A DNA stretch of 64,000 bases, from NCBI RefSeq assembly GCF_000372725.1, contig NW_005201123.1, forward strand, positions 248,001 to 312,000, read 5' to 3'. Numbering within the stretch: the first letter of the stretch is position 1; each line of letters begins with the position of its first letter. Made by a program: the position numbers and the translations under genes. The notes beneath the pieces were generated by a model. That model was not told the origin of the DNA, did not search any database, and was given only the letters and a program-made list of their open reading frames with translations. Below are positions 21,280-33,922 of this stretch, one piece after another. Source of the stretch: Emiliania huxleyi CCMP1516. Its lineage: Eukaryota.

Positions 21280-22330
21280 AGGGCGCACTAAATAAATAAA
21301 AACGGACACCTCTCTACTGTGAGATGGGTAAAAAGGAACAGGCCCCCGCCCTTGCGATCTTTGTGCAGGGTTCTTTGTGGGTGTGGTCGGCGACTAGCCG
21401 GGGTCGTCCTCCCCAGGGCGCACTAACTATAACTAGCAAATAAATAATAAAACGGAGACACCTCTACTAGGAGATGGGTAAAAAGGAACAGGTCCCCGCC
21501 CTGCGGTCTTTGTGCAGGGTTCTTTGTGGGTGTGGTCGGCGACTAGCCGGGGTCGTCCTCCCGATGGGGGACTAGCACTAGCCGTCTTCCACATGGTCCC
21601 TCGGGTCCCTGCTGCTCCTAATCTCGTCGTACATCCTCCTGCTGATCTCCGCAACATCCTGCTCCCTCCCTCGTCTCGCCCTGCGCGTCTGCTCCGCCTC
21701 CCCGTCGTCCGCCCTGCGTCGTCTGGTGACGGGTCCTTCATAGTCGGTTGAGGTCGCCGCCGCCCTCCTCGTGCCTCTTTTCCCAACGTTCCCTCGGCGG
21801 CCGATGCCGTCTGCTCCGGCTCCCCAGTCCCCGGGTCTGCCCTGCTCTCGTCTGCGCTAGCTTCTGCTTCGTCATCACTGGGGTCTCTCCTCTTCTTTCT
21901 CCCCTTTCTTGTATGCTTTGTACATCGCGTCGATTCCTGTTCGCGTGAGCACCACCCTGAAGCCCGCCCAGCAGCTGAACCGCTCCCTAAGTCGAAGGAG
22001 CATCATCAGTCTCACCCACTTCGCTCGCTGCCCACTGTCTCCGCTCCCTCCCGTTTGGGCCGCCGTCGCGGCCCTCGTTCGTCCCACTGGCTGTTGGCCC
22101 GTCCCCACGTTACGGTACCTCTGTTATATCCCTCCTCCTCCGCGACTCCCTCAAGGCTGGCCGGGCCTCCTTCCACCCAGCGAAGAGCTTCCTCAGCCAC
22201 TCAATGTGTTCCTCTCTCTTCATTATGCGCGCGGTAGCCTCATCGTTGAGCTGGATCCACCTCTGCACCGCTCCCGTCGCCGCCTCGGCCACGACTTGCA
22301 ACATGCAAGTTCCTCGTGTGTGTCGTGACC
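21280..22330 (-). mobile_element. 5'-truncated, decayed non-LTR-like retroelement end with duplicated 3' UTR
   Basis: Frameshifted ORF remnants end ...RDPRDHVEDG*, followed by a 3' UTR ending in (TTTA)n that is present twice in tandem (about 21280-21414 and 21415-21562). Confidence 0.5.
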
Positions 22331-22762
22331 CCGGCGCCAAGGTCCCTATATAACTAGCAAAGAGACCACGACAGCACCAAAATAACCGTTTAATCGCAAG
22401 TGTGAGTAGTGGCGTGGCCAGATCGCAGTATACGAAAGAGTAGTGAGCGCTGCGGAAAGGGGTTAAGACGTTCGCACACCACACTGCTGTACATGAGTAT
22501 GGGTCAGACGCACACATACAACATACTCATGTACACACACCGCACGCGCGCGCGCGCACGTGAGCCACGCAAGGGCTCGTGATGTCGGGGCATCGGGGCG
22601 AAACTCCGCGTCCAGGCGTGTCCGAACGAACGCAACATTAAACACGCCGGAGGCTGCCCATCTCTCGAGCGGGAGCGCCGCCTCGACGCTTGTGCAACGC
22701 GAATGCCTCTCCATCGCCGCCGATGCGCACTCTCGACAACGACAAGAGATTCCGACCGAGCA

Positions 22763-25700
22763 TCACTCCGCGTCGCCGCGCAACGCCTCCTGATACCGCG
22801 TGACGAAGTCGGAGTGGAGCTGTTCCTTGAGTACTCGGAGGGCCCGGTCGTGGACCGCGCTGGCTTTGGCAAAGGCACCCTGGCGGAGGTGGCACCTGGC
22901 GTAGTGCAGCCACAAATCCACCGAATCGTGGCCATGCTCAGACACCTGCATGCATCGGGAGTGGGTGGGTGCGAGACGCAAGAAAAGTGTGTGTGTGTGA
23001 GTGAGCGTCTCAGTGGACGAAGCATCTGGAGCGCGAGGACCGCTCGCTCAAACAGAGCGACGAGCTCGGCCGCGACGCAGCGAGCGGAAACGCCGCCCGA
23101 CTGCCCCGCCCGATCTGCGGAGGCGCCCTGCAAAACCGACTTGCCGTAGAGGGGTCCCTGCATGGGAGCAAAGAGAGGGGAAAAAGCGGATTGAACGGCA
23201 CTGGTGGTCGACAGCGGCCAGTAGCCTCCAAACTGCTTGGTGCATGTCTGGAGGGGTCTGTTTTGCGTGTGTTAAGGTGTCTCAAAAGCGCCGCACCTCT
23301 GCCGTTTCATGGGCCAACAGTGCCTCATGCACCCTGAGCGGCGTGGGCGGGGAGCGGAGTAGGGCCGGCCGCAGCTCGCGTGCACGAGAAAGGTTGAGCC
23401 GGCACAACCACTCTGCGAGCAGCACCTACAGGCCGGGACGCGAGGTGTTGAGAGAAGGCAAAAAAGCAGCGGGGCGATAGCAGGGGAGGCAGGATGCCTT
23501 GAGCGGCGCGCTCTCTGCGCGCAGCGCAGCCTCCGCACGCCGCCAGACCGCGAGGACCACCTGCGTGCGAGGAGAGACGGATCTGCTTCCATTCCATGTA
23601 CTCAAACCAAACGAGGAGTGGCGGGAGAAGGGGCCGGAGGGCCGGAGGGCGGGGGGCCTGGGGCTGGCTGGTCGAGTCGGCGGCCGCAATCGCCTGCGGG
23701 GAGGAGCCGGGGGGGGGGGGTGGGGTCCCGTAAATGCTGGTGTGTGGCAGCTGGGCGCCAGCACGCTCGGCAGCGCACCGCCTCGATCCACACCCGCCAC
23801 ACGCACAATGCGCCAGGCGTGCCTCGCAACGCGCTCGCAACTTCACGGAAAGGGTCGCGCAAATGTGCCAAATCGGAAAGGGTGGGTCGCTCCCCGCAGC
23901 GCGCGAGCAGCAAGCGCAGCCTCATGCACGCGAGGCTTGCGTCCTGCGGGTGGCGGATCGCGCCCGCCTCGCAAGCCGACAGGGCGAGCTGCAGCGCGCC
24001 GTCGTGCGCTCCATCGCTCCCTCCGAGCTATACAGGGGCGAGAGGGGAGGGAGCAAGCCGTTCAATCTGTGCGTGCGCGTTGTGTGTGAGCGCGCGTATG
24101 TGCGCGGCGCGTGGTGGGGCGGGGCGTTGATGGCTGGAGCGCTGGTGCGAGAGAAGCGAGGGGACGCGCAAGGGGCGGGCCGGGAAACCTGCCGCCACGC
24201 CAGAGCCGCATCTGGCTCGGAGGCGTCCGGCAAAAGCCCAGAAATGTCCGCAGCGGAGAGAGCCGCCGTGAAGTGAAGCGCCGCCCACCGCTGGTAGACG
24301 GAGGGCGATGCCTCGCCGGCGGCGTGTGCCGCCTTGCACAACTGGAGCCCCTTCTTCCGCATCCGCACAACGGTGGCCGGCGGCAATCCCTCCCTTTGTG
24401 TCACCGCCTCGACCCAAGCGACGCACGCGTCGCGGAGGCGTGCCTACAAGTGTTCAGGGCGCTTAGGGGCCCTGGCTCACACATCCACGCCGCCAATAGG
24501 CGAGGCGCCGAAGGCGCCGCCGCCAACGACGCGTCGAGAGACTGCAGCGCGGCGCGGAGCGCGGCCGCGTGCGCCGAGCCCCACTCTGGATCCGCGGCGC
24601 ATCGGTCGAGGGGCAGCGATGCCAATGCCACGGCCACGGCCGCACTGAAGGGACGGGACGGGACTGGTGGGAGGGCGCGAGGGGCTTGTATGTGGAGAAG
24701 GGGGCGAGATATTGGAGCACCTCTCGCCGAACGAGTCGCGCAAGCTCGTCTCGATGGCAGCTTGTATCGGCGCGCCCGCCTCCACCTCGCCACACGCACG
24801 CAAACAGCCTAGCCGAAGCTCGACATCCTCGGGCATCGCCGCCACCGCGCTCTCATAGACGTAGCGCGCGACGGCGCTCGTCGCCGCCGAACCCCCTCCT
24901 AACTCGCCGCCCTCCGCTCCCTCCACGTCCGTCATGGGCGCAAGAGCCAGGCCGGCGGCGCCTCCGTCCTCGTCCTCGTCCTCGTCACCGACTTCCAGTC
25001 CGCCGCCGTCCTTGCCGTCATCCTCGCCGCCAGCCTCGCCGCCAGCCTCCTCGCCATCAGCCATGCTCCCCGCCGCGACGTCGTCGCCGTCCGCCGCCCC
25101 CGCACCGCCGTCGATGCCGAGCGCGCTCCTCCGGCGCTGCACGCGCTCCGCAAAAATGAGCTCAAACCGAAAGTAGGCCAGCCACAGCTCGCGCGAGCCG
25201 CGGTTGGCGCGCAGGGCCCGCTGCAGCAGCCGCCGCGCAGCGCTTGCATTGGAGCGCGCCTGACAGGTGGAAGCAGCAGCTGCAGCATCAGCGGCTGAAG
25301 CACGGCGGCATCTAGTTTTGGGGGTCTCACGCGGCCGGCGGGCAGAGGTGGTCCGCCGCCCGAGGGCGACACCGGCGCGCCAGGGAGGGTGCTGATGCCG
25401 TGGCAGTGGAGCTGCTGGCGCGTGGCTCGCCCAAGGGTCTGGGTGTCTGTAGCCGTCGAGGCTTCTCGGTTGTTGTCGCGCCTCAAACTCCCACGCGGCT
25501 GCGCGTGTCCACAGGGGCACCTGGCAAGGTGAGCGATTGCGTCAGGGGCGCGGCAGAGCGGGAATCGAGGGCGCGTGACGCGCGGTCGGCGGGCGGGGTG
25601 GGCTGCGAGGGGAGCGCCGCGAGGGGGCATTACCGAGTGGGGCAGGACAGCAAGCGCGCGACCGTAGATGCGCTCGAGGCGCTTGTCCGCCTTGCGCCGC

Positions 25701-26117
25701 TCGGCAAAGTCGATCCACTGCATCCAGAGCCGCTCGTCCCCCTTGAAGCGCCGCGCCGCACGGCTGAAAATGAAGTGGATGCGGCGCCGGATCGCAAAGT
25801 CGGGCGGGCCCTGCCTGGTCATGCCGAGCCGCCGGCGCCTGCACTTGAGCAGCGCCTCAAAGTTCATCTCGAGCTGCAGGTAGCGCAGAAAGTCGTCGCG
25901 CGTCGCGCGGGGCCTATGCGTGGCGCAGCACGTGATGGCGGGGCGCGCTCCCCGGCCACCGCGCAGCAAGGGGCGATCGCCGGTGCACGAGGTACTCAAA
26001 GCGCTCGCGGCGCCGCACGAGCGCCTTGACCTCGCTGGCGGAGCACAGGCCGCGGCGCTGCACGTCCTCCAGCTCCGGCACCATCGACTCCATCACCTCG
26101 CGCACGCGATCCGCCAT
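22763..26117 (-). CDS. UTP6: U3 snoRNA-associated protein 6 (HAT repeats), multi-exon
   Basis: MADRVREVMESMVPELED...RERFEY, DFLRYLQLEMNFEAL, RIHFIFSRAARRFKGDERLWMQWIDF, LWTRAAAWEFE, ARRLLQRALRAN, LWLAYFRFEL; C-terminus SVDLWLHY...FVTRYQEALRGDAE*. Confidence 0.92.
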
Positions 26118-26634
26118 GGCTGCAGCGGAGCGTGCGTTGCAGTGCGCCTGCGGCCACGTAGGCCGGTGGGCAGACACAAAAAACGTTGTTTGGGCAGACT
26201 ATAGTCGAGCGCGTCGGAGAGGTGTTTCGACACCGAGTGTTTGAACGTTTCTTCGCAGAAGAAACGTCAAGAGAAAAAATTCTCTCGCCGGTGTTCACAG
26301 AGCTCTGCGCGTTCTGGGCACGGACGTGTGTCGCTCGTGCGTGTCGTCGTCATCTGTCTTGCGTCCACCCATACCGCGTTGGTGTCCAGTCCGAGCCTGA
26401 GGGCCCAACTTCAGAATCGTGCTTTGAGTTGGGTTGTTTCGTGTTGGGTTGGGTTGGTGAGAGAGAATTCTTGATACGAAACCACGACGACACACACCAG
26501 TCGACTCGCATCGGTTGCCTCCATGAACGGCGGAGCTATTCTCGCGTCCACACCACACCTGGCTCCAACGTGGACACGCCCATAGCTGGGGACACTACTA
26601 GGTCACGCATGGCATCAGAAGTTTTATCTCTGGG

Positions 26635-26672
<38 letters not shown>

Positions 26673-28119
26673 GGGTTGGTTGGGTTGGGTTGCCTTGCTT
26701 GGCCCGGGTTGGGTTGTTCCGCGTGAGGTTGGGTCGTCGGCGCGAATGGTGAGGTCTCGACCGCCGCCGCTCACGCCAGCGGACGGCCACCATCGGTGTT
26801 TTTGGCTTCGCCACCGTCCAAGGCGTGCGCCATGCGCTCGCCGGCATCGAGCGAGCAACGTGATCGACCGAGCGGCTTGCTGTGTGGACGCCTTCTTCTG
26901 GCTCTCGTCGAGAGCGTTTTGCGTCCCGGCGGGTGGGAGAATATGTGTCGTCTGATGTGTCACTGTGTGCGTCACATCGGTCTTGATAACAAGCACGGTC
27001 GATCCGTCGAAGCGATACACTCGTTCCTATCACGCTGGAAGGCTGGCACGGAGCTCTGCGCCGGCACACAGAAGAGCCGTGCGGCAAGAAGAGCTCGATG
27101 GGGAGCGAGAACCGTCAGATTTTCAGGTGTAACCTGAAGTCCGTCGCGATGCACTCAATCCCTCCCGAGCGAAAGCCTGTGGCTCTCTCGAACTCGTCGA
27201 TATATTGCGGATAAACTGCTCTTCCCGCATAGCTTGCAGAGTCAGAGGCGCAGAAAGGCTGCGAGTGCTCGACGAGTCTTGCGAGCTGCGCGGTCAAACC
27301 TGGGGGGAACTGACCGCATCAAGGCGGACTTCCGAAACCTGGGTGAGCACCACCACGGCGGCCATCTGCAGCACCTGCGCAGCTCAACCCGAGTACCCGA
27401 CCTTCCCTGCTGCAACAACCACCCGTACGAACGCAATGGCCGCCGCCGCCGATTCTGTATAGAATTGCAAGGCGCACACGCTGGTGCAGGCGGGGAGTCG
27501 TCGATCCGACTCGTTCCGATGTGACGTCGCCGTGAAGGATTGCAAACAGTATGCCCAAGATTTGCCCTCCCGCGCGATCTTCTCGCGTCGGCAAGCGCGC
27601 CGGCCAGGATGGGCGAGCCGGCCCCGCCACGCTGGACGGGCCAGCGGCTGGCACGCGCCGGCCACTCCGGCGGCGCGGCGGCCTCATCGCGCTCGTCGTC
27701 TGCGAGGCCACCGCTCGGCGTCGCCGCGTCCGACGGCGATGGCGCTTGGCTGTGAGGTGGCCGGTGCCGCATTCGTCGCTGTGCTTCTTTAGCAGGCGGT
27801 GGACTGTCGGCTGCGAGGACGGTCGCATTTGCGCGAGGCGAGGCGAGCATTGCTGCGCGTTGCATGCGCCATGACTCGCGCCAGCGCGTGCGGGAGCTCC
27901 TGGCTGAGCGTTGAGTCCAGGTGAGTTGCGCTGGCAGGCCACTATCGCTACGCCGAGCCGAGCTGACGCGCCGAGGCGCCGGCCAGTCGCAGCCGTGAGG
28001 CATGCCACAGCAGCAGAGGCACCTGCCCACCCATTGGGCGGGCAGACAGAAGGCCAGGGCAGCACTGGCAAGTGCAACGCGCCTCATGTCGGAGAGCGAC
28101 CGTGCCTCGTTCGCCGCTT

Positions 28120-28297
28120 ATGATGTAGAGTGTTGTAGAGATTTCACGTTGTAGAGCGCCTCTACATCGCTCTACAGGCGACTCACATCGTCACGCGCCG
28201 GATGTAGAGCTCTACAGCTCTACAGCGCTCTCCAGCGCTCTACATCTCTACAGCTCTACAGCGCTCTACACTCTAGATCCTCTACACCCTCCCTCAG
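28120..28297. repeat. CTCTACA/TGTAGAG repeat element
   Basis: Clustered TGTAGAG then CTCTACA units ending CCCTCCCTCAG; resembles a transposon terminus. Confidence 0.6.
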
Positions 28298-28769
28298 CCC
28301 TCACTGCTGCTGGGGGGGGGGGGGGGGGGTCGGCCATGGGCTTAGAGGTGTGCAGGGGGGGTACCGAGCAGTGTGCGGCCGCTCCAGTATTGGTGTCGGC
28401 ACACATCCCCGCACGGAGGTCAGCGAGTGATCTGTAAAAGTTTGGCCAAAAGGCCCCACATGGCTGCCCCTTGGGCTGAAAGGGAAAACGGTCGTGGGCT
28501 GAAAAGAAAAACAAGAAACCCGGGCGCAACACTGGGCACACGGGACTGGTACGAATCGGCGAGGGACTGCGAAGGGAGATAGAAAGCTGATTGATAGATA
28601 GAAAGAGGCAGACGACCAAGGGTTCAAACAAACTTCGCTCTCACCTGGCAACCCTGTCTGCACGTCTTGCGCGCGCGTGAACAGGGCTCCAGGCCCCAAA
28701 TGACGTGTGAGTGTTAGAGTTGTTTGGTATTGCTATAAATCTCCCCCCCCCCCCCCCCAAGGGTTAGGG

Positions 28770-28940
28770 CGGGCGACGGCTAGCACCACACTCCTCTCCT
28801 TAAATTCCCTGTGTGGTGGCGGCGTGCCGTCCTCCCATCCATATCCCTCCCTTGGGTTGGCACCACCACCCACCACCACCACCACCATCATCCATCCCTC
28901 CCTTGGCGCTTGGGTTGCGTTTCTCTCTTTCTTTCTTTCT
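28770..28940 (+). mobile_element. Retroposon-like 3' module, copy B
   Basis: GGGCGACGGCTAGCACCACACTCCTCTCCTTAAATTCCCTGTGTGGTGGCGGCGTGCCGTCCTCCCATCC, a CAC microsatellite insert and a TTTC tail. Confidence 0.65.
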
Positions 28941-29117
28941 GGTGCTTACTGGCCCAGGTAGGTAGGTAGAAAGGTGAAGAACAGCCAGGCTCGGACTGGA
29001 CACCAACGCGGTATGGGTGGACGCTAGACAGATGATGACGACACGCTGGTCAACACAGACACAAACAGCAAAAGAAAGAGGTTCTCAGCAAGTGCCGTAG
29101 CGAGCTGCCGCAGCAGT

Positions 29118-29906
29118 ATGGGCAAAGCGGGTAAGGCCAAGGCGTCCACTTCCCAGCCGCAGGAGGCGAGGAAGCCCGCGGAGGACGACGACGACGCCAT
29201 TCTGAGCGCGGCGATCGCCGAGAACCGCGTCTTCAAGGAGAAGGTGGCCAGCGAGGCTGCCGCCTCTGCCGCCGCCGCGTCCGCGATCACCGCGGCGCTG
29301 GACAAGCTTCCGGTCTTCGCCATCGCCGACGCGGGCAGGCCGCTGCAGTACACGGTGGGGAGGCGGAAGCTAGCGGTCTTCTACGCCGACGTGGCAGCCG
29401 CCAAGGCGCAGCAAAAGGCGACCGAGCGCCAGGTTCCCGGGTGCGACCTCATCGCCGTCGGCCTCGGCGGCGCCTACCGGCTCTCGTACGACGGCAAGGC
29501 CGCGATCGTGCCAGGCGTGGCCGAGTTGAGAGCGGCCGGCGCGCCCGAGGGCGCGCAACCAATGGGGCAGGACCTGCCGCTCTTTGCGTGCACCAAGCTG
29601 GGGCGGTACGTCGACGGAGGGTTGGTGATGCCGCTCTTCATGAGCCATGCGGACTGCGCGGCGGCGGTGGAGGCGGCGGCGAACGCGGACGCGCCGGAGA
29701 GCGATGGGCCCGCGCAGATCAGCGCCCTCTCTCTGCAGAGCGTCGTGGATCAGCTCGGCGACCCGTCCTCTCCCGCGTTTTCCTTTGTCGCGCCATCCAG
29801 CTCGGTGGAGCACAACGAGCGCTACGTAGGCAAGGGCGTGTACATGAGACGGGTCGAGCCGGAGCCGGAGCCGGAGGACGTGCCCCCGCCGCTGGCGGCA
29901 GAGTGA
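29118..29906 (+). CDS. Tic22-family-like protein, intronless, 262 aa
   Basis: LDKLPVFAIADAGRPL, AVFYADVAAAKA, AVGLGGAY, DLPLFAC, MPLFMSHADC and FSFVAPSSSV match the two-repeat Tic22 pattern. Confidence 0.78.
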   Translation: MGKAGKAKASTSQPQEARKPAEDDDDAILSAAIAENRVFKEKVASEAAASAAAASAITAALDKLPVFAIADAGRPLQYTVGRRKLAVFYADVAAAKAQQKATERQVPGCDLIAVGLGGAYRLSYDGKAAIVPGVAELRAAGAPEGAQPMGQDLPLFACTKLGRYVDGGLVMPLFMSHADCAAAVEAAANADAPESDGPAQISALSLQSVVDQLGDPSSPAFSFVAPSSSVEHNERYVGKGVYMRRVEPEPEPEDVPPPLAAE

Positions 29907-30744
29907 GTGTGTTGGTGTATCTGATATAGTTAGAGGCTGCGCAGCCGCAGGCCGTCCCGTTTGCTGTTTGCATAAAAAACGCCTGTTGCCCGCTGCGCGC
30001 GCGCGCCGGGGCTCTGTCTCAAAACTCACGTGCCGCAATATGTGTCACACACGGCGGCTTCTGCCACCTCTCGATTGGTTCCACTTTCTACGCACACACC
30101 TACCGGGGAAGGGGCGCTTGGGAGCGGGAGCGGGGGCGGGGGCGGGGGTGGGGGCAGGGGCGCGCAGCGCGCGGCGCGCGGCACGCGCAACAGAGGTAGG
30201 GGTGGAAGACGGCGAGGAGGGGGCGGCGGCGGCGGCGGCGGCGGCAGCGCGCGCGCGGCGCGCGCGACGGAGGGGCGGAGCAGCGACCGCTGGCGCGGTC
30301 GCTGCTCCGTCTGTGACAGACGCGCGCTCTGCCGCTGCAGAGCGCGCGCGTCAGGCACAAAGGAGGGCAAGCGTGGCGGCGCGGGACGCGCGGCGGCGGC
30401 GGCGAGCAGCTGAGCGCTCCGTGAGCGGTGAGGCGGCCGGGCGAGGGCGCGGCGGGTGACGGGTCAAGGGAGCAGCCCACACCCGGCGTCGCTCTTTGAG
30501 CGACGCCTGTGGTACGCCTGCGCAGGGGCCGCAGGGCGGTCAGTTGTGGGGCGAGGCGGTGCCGGCCGCGGGCCGGGTGCAAGGCGCCGGCCTCGGCGCC
30601 GCCTCGGCGCGCCGCACGGGCGCGGCGAGCCTCTGAGCGGGAGCCGAAGGTTTGGTGTGGTAGGTGGGAGGTGGAGGTAGGTGGGGTGATCTGACTTTGC
30701 CGCAGAGGCCGTCCCTAGCTGTGAACAGCAAAACGGGACAGTAT

Positions 30745-31854
30745 ATGGCCTTTGTCGCGTTGCTACCCGCCTTCGTGCCCGCCTTCGATCCCGCCTTCGT
30801 GCCCGCCTTCGTGCCACACGCCGCTCCCTTCGCCGGACTTTTGCCTGCGTCCGCGCGTGCGTCCGCCGTCGTGGCCAAGGCCGCCAAGCGCAAGGCCGCC
30901 GCCGGGAAGCGCAAGCCCGCCAAGCCCGCCGCGTTTGACCTCAAAAAGGCCATGCTGGTCGCGATGCGAGCTCACCAGGATCTGTGGCGGCTCGACCCGC
31001 AGAGGTCCCTCCGTACCTCAGCCCCAACCGCGCGTGTCTCTCTCCTCAGGGAGTGCCTCCACCGCCCCCGCAGGGAGTGCAGCCGCGATGTGTACGTGCG
31101 GGCAGACGGCGGCTCGCGCTTCTTCTTTGCGGGCAAGGCGGTGGGCGCCGCCGGGCGGTGCGACGCGGCGTCGGCCGTGCTCTTGCAGAAGCGCGCTATC
31201 TTGGAGCACGCGCGGCTCCTCCATCCGGAGCTGGAGCAGATGCACCGGTTGAGCAGGCCGCTCCAGCTCTGGGCCGCGCCGGCCGACTCGGAGGTCTCCG
31301 TGGCGCGCAAGGTGCAGGCGCTAGAGTCGCTGGAGGGGGCAAGGCTTTCGCGTGCGATGCGAGAGGACGCAGACGCAGGCGCAACGCTCGCCGGCTTTGA
31401 CCCCGACCAGCCCGAGAGCGACGGCCGCGCCGGCTTCTCGGCGCCGCCCCGGCCCGGCGGGGTGAGGCAAGCTGGCCCTTGCCTCTAAGCTACGCGTCGC
31501 CTTGAATAGGTGCGGCTGCCGGAGGACGGCGTCCCGGTCGCGCCGCTCGAGGTGAGGTTCGCGTCCAGCGTGGCCGAGGCGGAGGCGATGGCGGCGCAGG
31601 AGCAGGAGGCGATGGCGGCGCAGCAGCAGGAGGCGATGGCGGCGCAGCAGCAGGAGGCGATGGCGGCGCAGCAGCAGGAGGCGATGAGAAAAGAGGAGGC
31701 GGCGGCACGCCCCGGAGCAGGTGGAGGCATGCCAAAGCCGGTCGCGCCGAAGGTGACGGGCGCGGCGTCAGCGGCGGCGGAGTCGGCGACCGACTCTCGG
31801 GAAGACTCCGGCGGCGGCGTCGTGGGTCCAGCGTCTGCGTGGTGGGCCCGGTGA
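30745..31854 (+). CDS. Algal hypothetical protein, probably plastid-targeted, with C-terminal EAMAAQQQ repeats
   Basis: MAFVALLPAF leader and a Lys/Ala transit-like region; core DVYVRADGGSRFFFAGK...AVLLQKRAILEHARLLHP...LQLWAAPADSE; intron near 31440-31509. Confidence 0.65.
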
Positions 31855-32132
31855 GAGGGAAGCACTGTAGTCGGCCGCCGACCAAACAACTCACAAACCA
31901 GCCCATGCGTGGCACCATGCCCCCAAAACGACCCCATCGGTGTCGCGCCGGCCCTGTGGCTGTGGCTGGCGGCTCGGCTCGTGCATTCCCTGCATGCAAC
32001 AATAAAAAAAAATCTTGGAGGTCCACCTTCAGGCCCTGATACAACAAAAAAACCCATGCCGTGCCCATGCCCATGCCTATACCGGAAACTCGAGCGAGCC
32101 CAAGCAGCGCCGGGACGCTCCTCTCCACCGTG

Positions 32133-32760
32133 ATGCTCCTCGCCATCGTCGTCACCACGACGTGGCTGCGGACGGGCGTCGCCCACGACATCGTGCGCCC
32201 GCTCTCCAACGTCGCCGAGATCCCTGCCTCGCCTGCCAGGAGCGGCGTCGACCTCATCGCTGGGCAGGTGCGCGGGTAGAGCTCTCCACCATACTCTGCC
32301 GCGATCCCGGCTGCTGCGACCTGCGAGCACGGCGCCGCCCGGTGCGCGCGAAATGACCCCTGCCGTTCCCGCGCGCACGCAGAGGACGTCGGGTGCCAAT
32401 GCGCAAGCACGACAAATGTGCGCGCGTCCGCCGCCGCCATGCAGCCCCGCCCCTCCCCGCCGTCGATTTCGTCGCCGTCCGTGCGCGCGCCGCCATTCAC
32501 TCCGCCGCCGCCGTCGCCCCCACTTCCGCCGCCCCCGTTTTGCGCCTCGCCGCCGCCGCCGTTCTCCTTTTTCCCGCCGCCCGCGCTTCCCTCAGTCGCG
32601 CGCGCGCGCGGCTCGCCTGCGTCGCCGTCGCCCCCCCTCTCGCCGCCGCTCCCCTCACAGCCTCGTACAAGGGTGCCGCCGTCGGCGCCACAGCCTTCGC
32701 TCGCCCAAACGGTGACCCTCCCCCATCCCCCTCGGTACTGCCCCACCTTCTTCAGAACCA
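32133..32760 (+). CDS. Possible secreted proline-rich protein fragment
   Basis: MLLAIVVTTTWL leader, a CAG|GTGCGC donor and a SPPPP-rich downstream exon. Confidence 0.3.
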
Positions 32761-33922
32761 AATCCTCACCCCCCCCCCCCACACTGCGCCCCGAATCAGG
32801 TGCCATCGCCACGTTTCCGTCGGATGAATTATGTGGAATCGTACCCCTCGGTGGTTTCCAAACCTATTCAAAAATGGACGCTTACAGAAATCGGCAAAAA
32901 TTCAAAAGAAGGCGGAGGAGCAGGAGGCGGCGAAGGAGGAGGAGGAAGAGGAGGAGCATAGAGGAGGAGGAGGAGGAATAGGAGGGAGAGCCGTGAGCTG
33001 CGCAGTGAGAAGGTGAGAAGAGCGGCGGCGTAGTAGCGGTCGAGAGAGGAGTTGTGTTGTCTTCACACCGTGTCGGGAGGTGTCCGGCGACGAGGCTCGA
33101 GGGGTCGCGACACACATCTCGCACGCGAGGTCGAACCATGTCCTCTTCTTCTTATTTCTTCACTTTCCTGAACGCCTTGCCTATCATCATATGGTTGCAA
33201 CTAAAAAAGACCTCCAAGGCGCCCTTGGCGTCGCTCTGCCCCAGGGTGTAGTTGGTCACTGCTCCTGCATTGTCGTACACCGTGGTCCAATTCAGACAAG
33301 GCGTGTGGTCCTTTACGTGCTGAGCCCCTGGAACGAGAACGAGCGCTGCATCGCTGGTGATCTGAACTTCGTCAACGACGACGACGATGGGCGCCTGCGC
33401 AGCTGGCGGGGCCTGCTGCTGCGCCATCTTCACTGCGTCTTCTCCTCTCCTCCCACTTCACAGAAAACTGCGGCCGCCAGCGACAGAGCGTCTCGCTGGC
33501 GGACGGCGAGAGGAACACAAAGGGACGTCCGGACGTCCATCCACTGGGATGAGATAACTGGAGATCTAAGGTCGAATCTCCCGATTCCACAGCCGCCCAC
33601 AGGAGCGCCGCCTCAACGCGGGGTCTCGGCTCTATCGAGCCATGCTAGCTCCAGCCGCAGCCCCACCCGGCCGCCCGAGGGTGTTCCCGCATGCAGAGAA
33701 GACCAATCCTGGGGGAAGTAACCACACTTCGCGTGCAGATCCTGCGTCTCTCACTGCCCGGAACAGAGGCGGGTACCGCCGCAGGTCCCACACTTGTAGA
33801 TGACGGACGCTTGCGTCCTAGCCTCCAACAACGCCTCCCCGGCGCAAATGATACGATTTTTTCTTTAACAGCAGCCAGTCCCCGGTATGTGTGTGTGTGT
33901 GTATGTCTCTCTGTATGTATAT

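Noticed and set aside
26760..28090. Protein-coding gene
   Set aside because: Several overlapping ORFs, none with recognisable motifs or a consistent exon structure.
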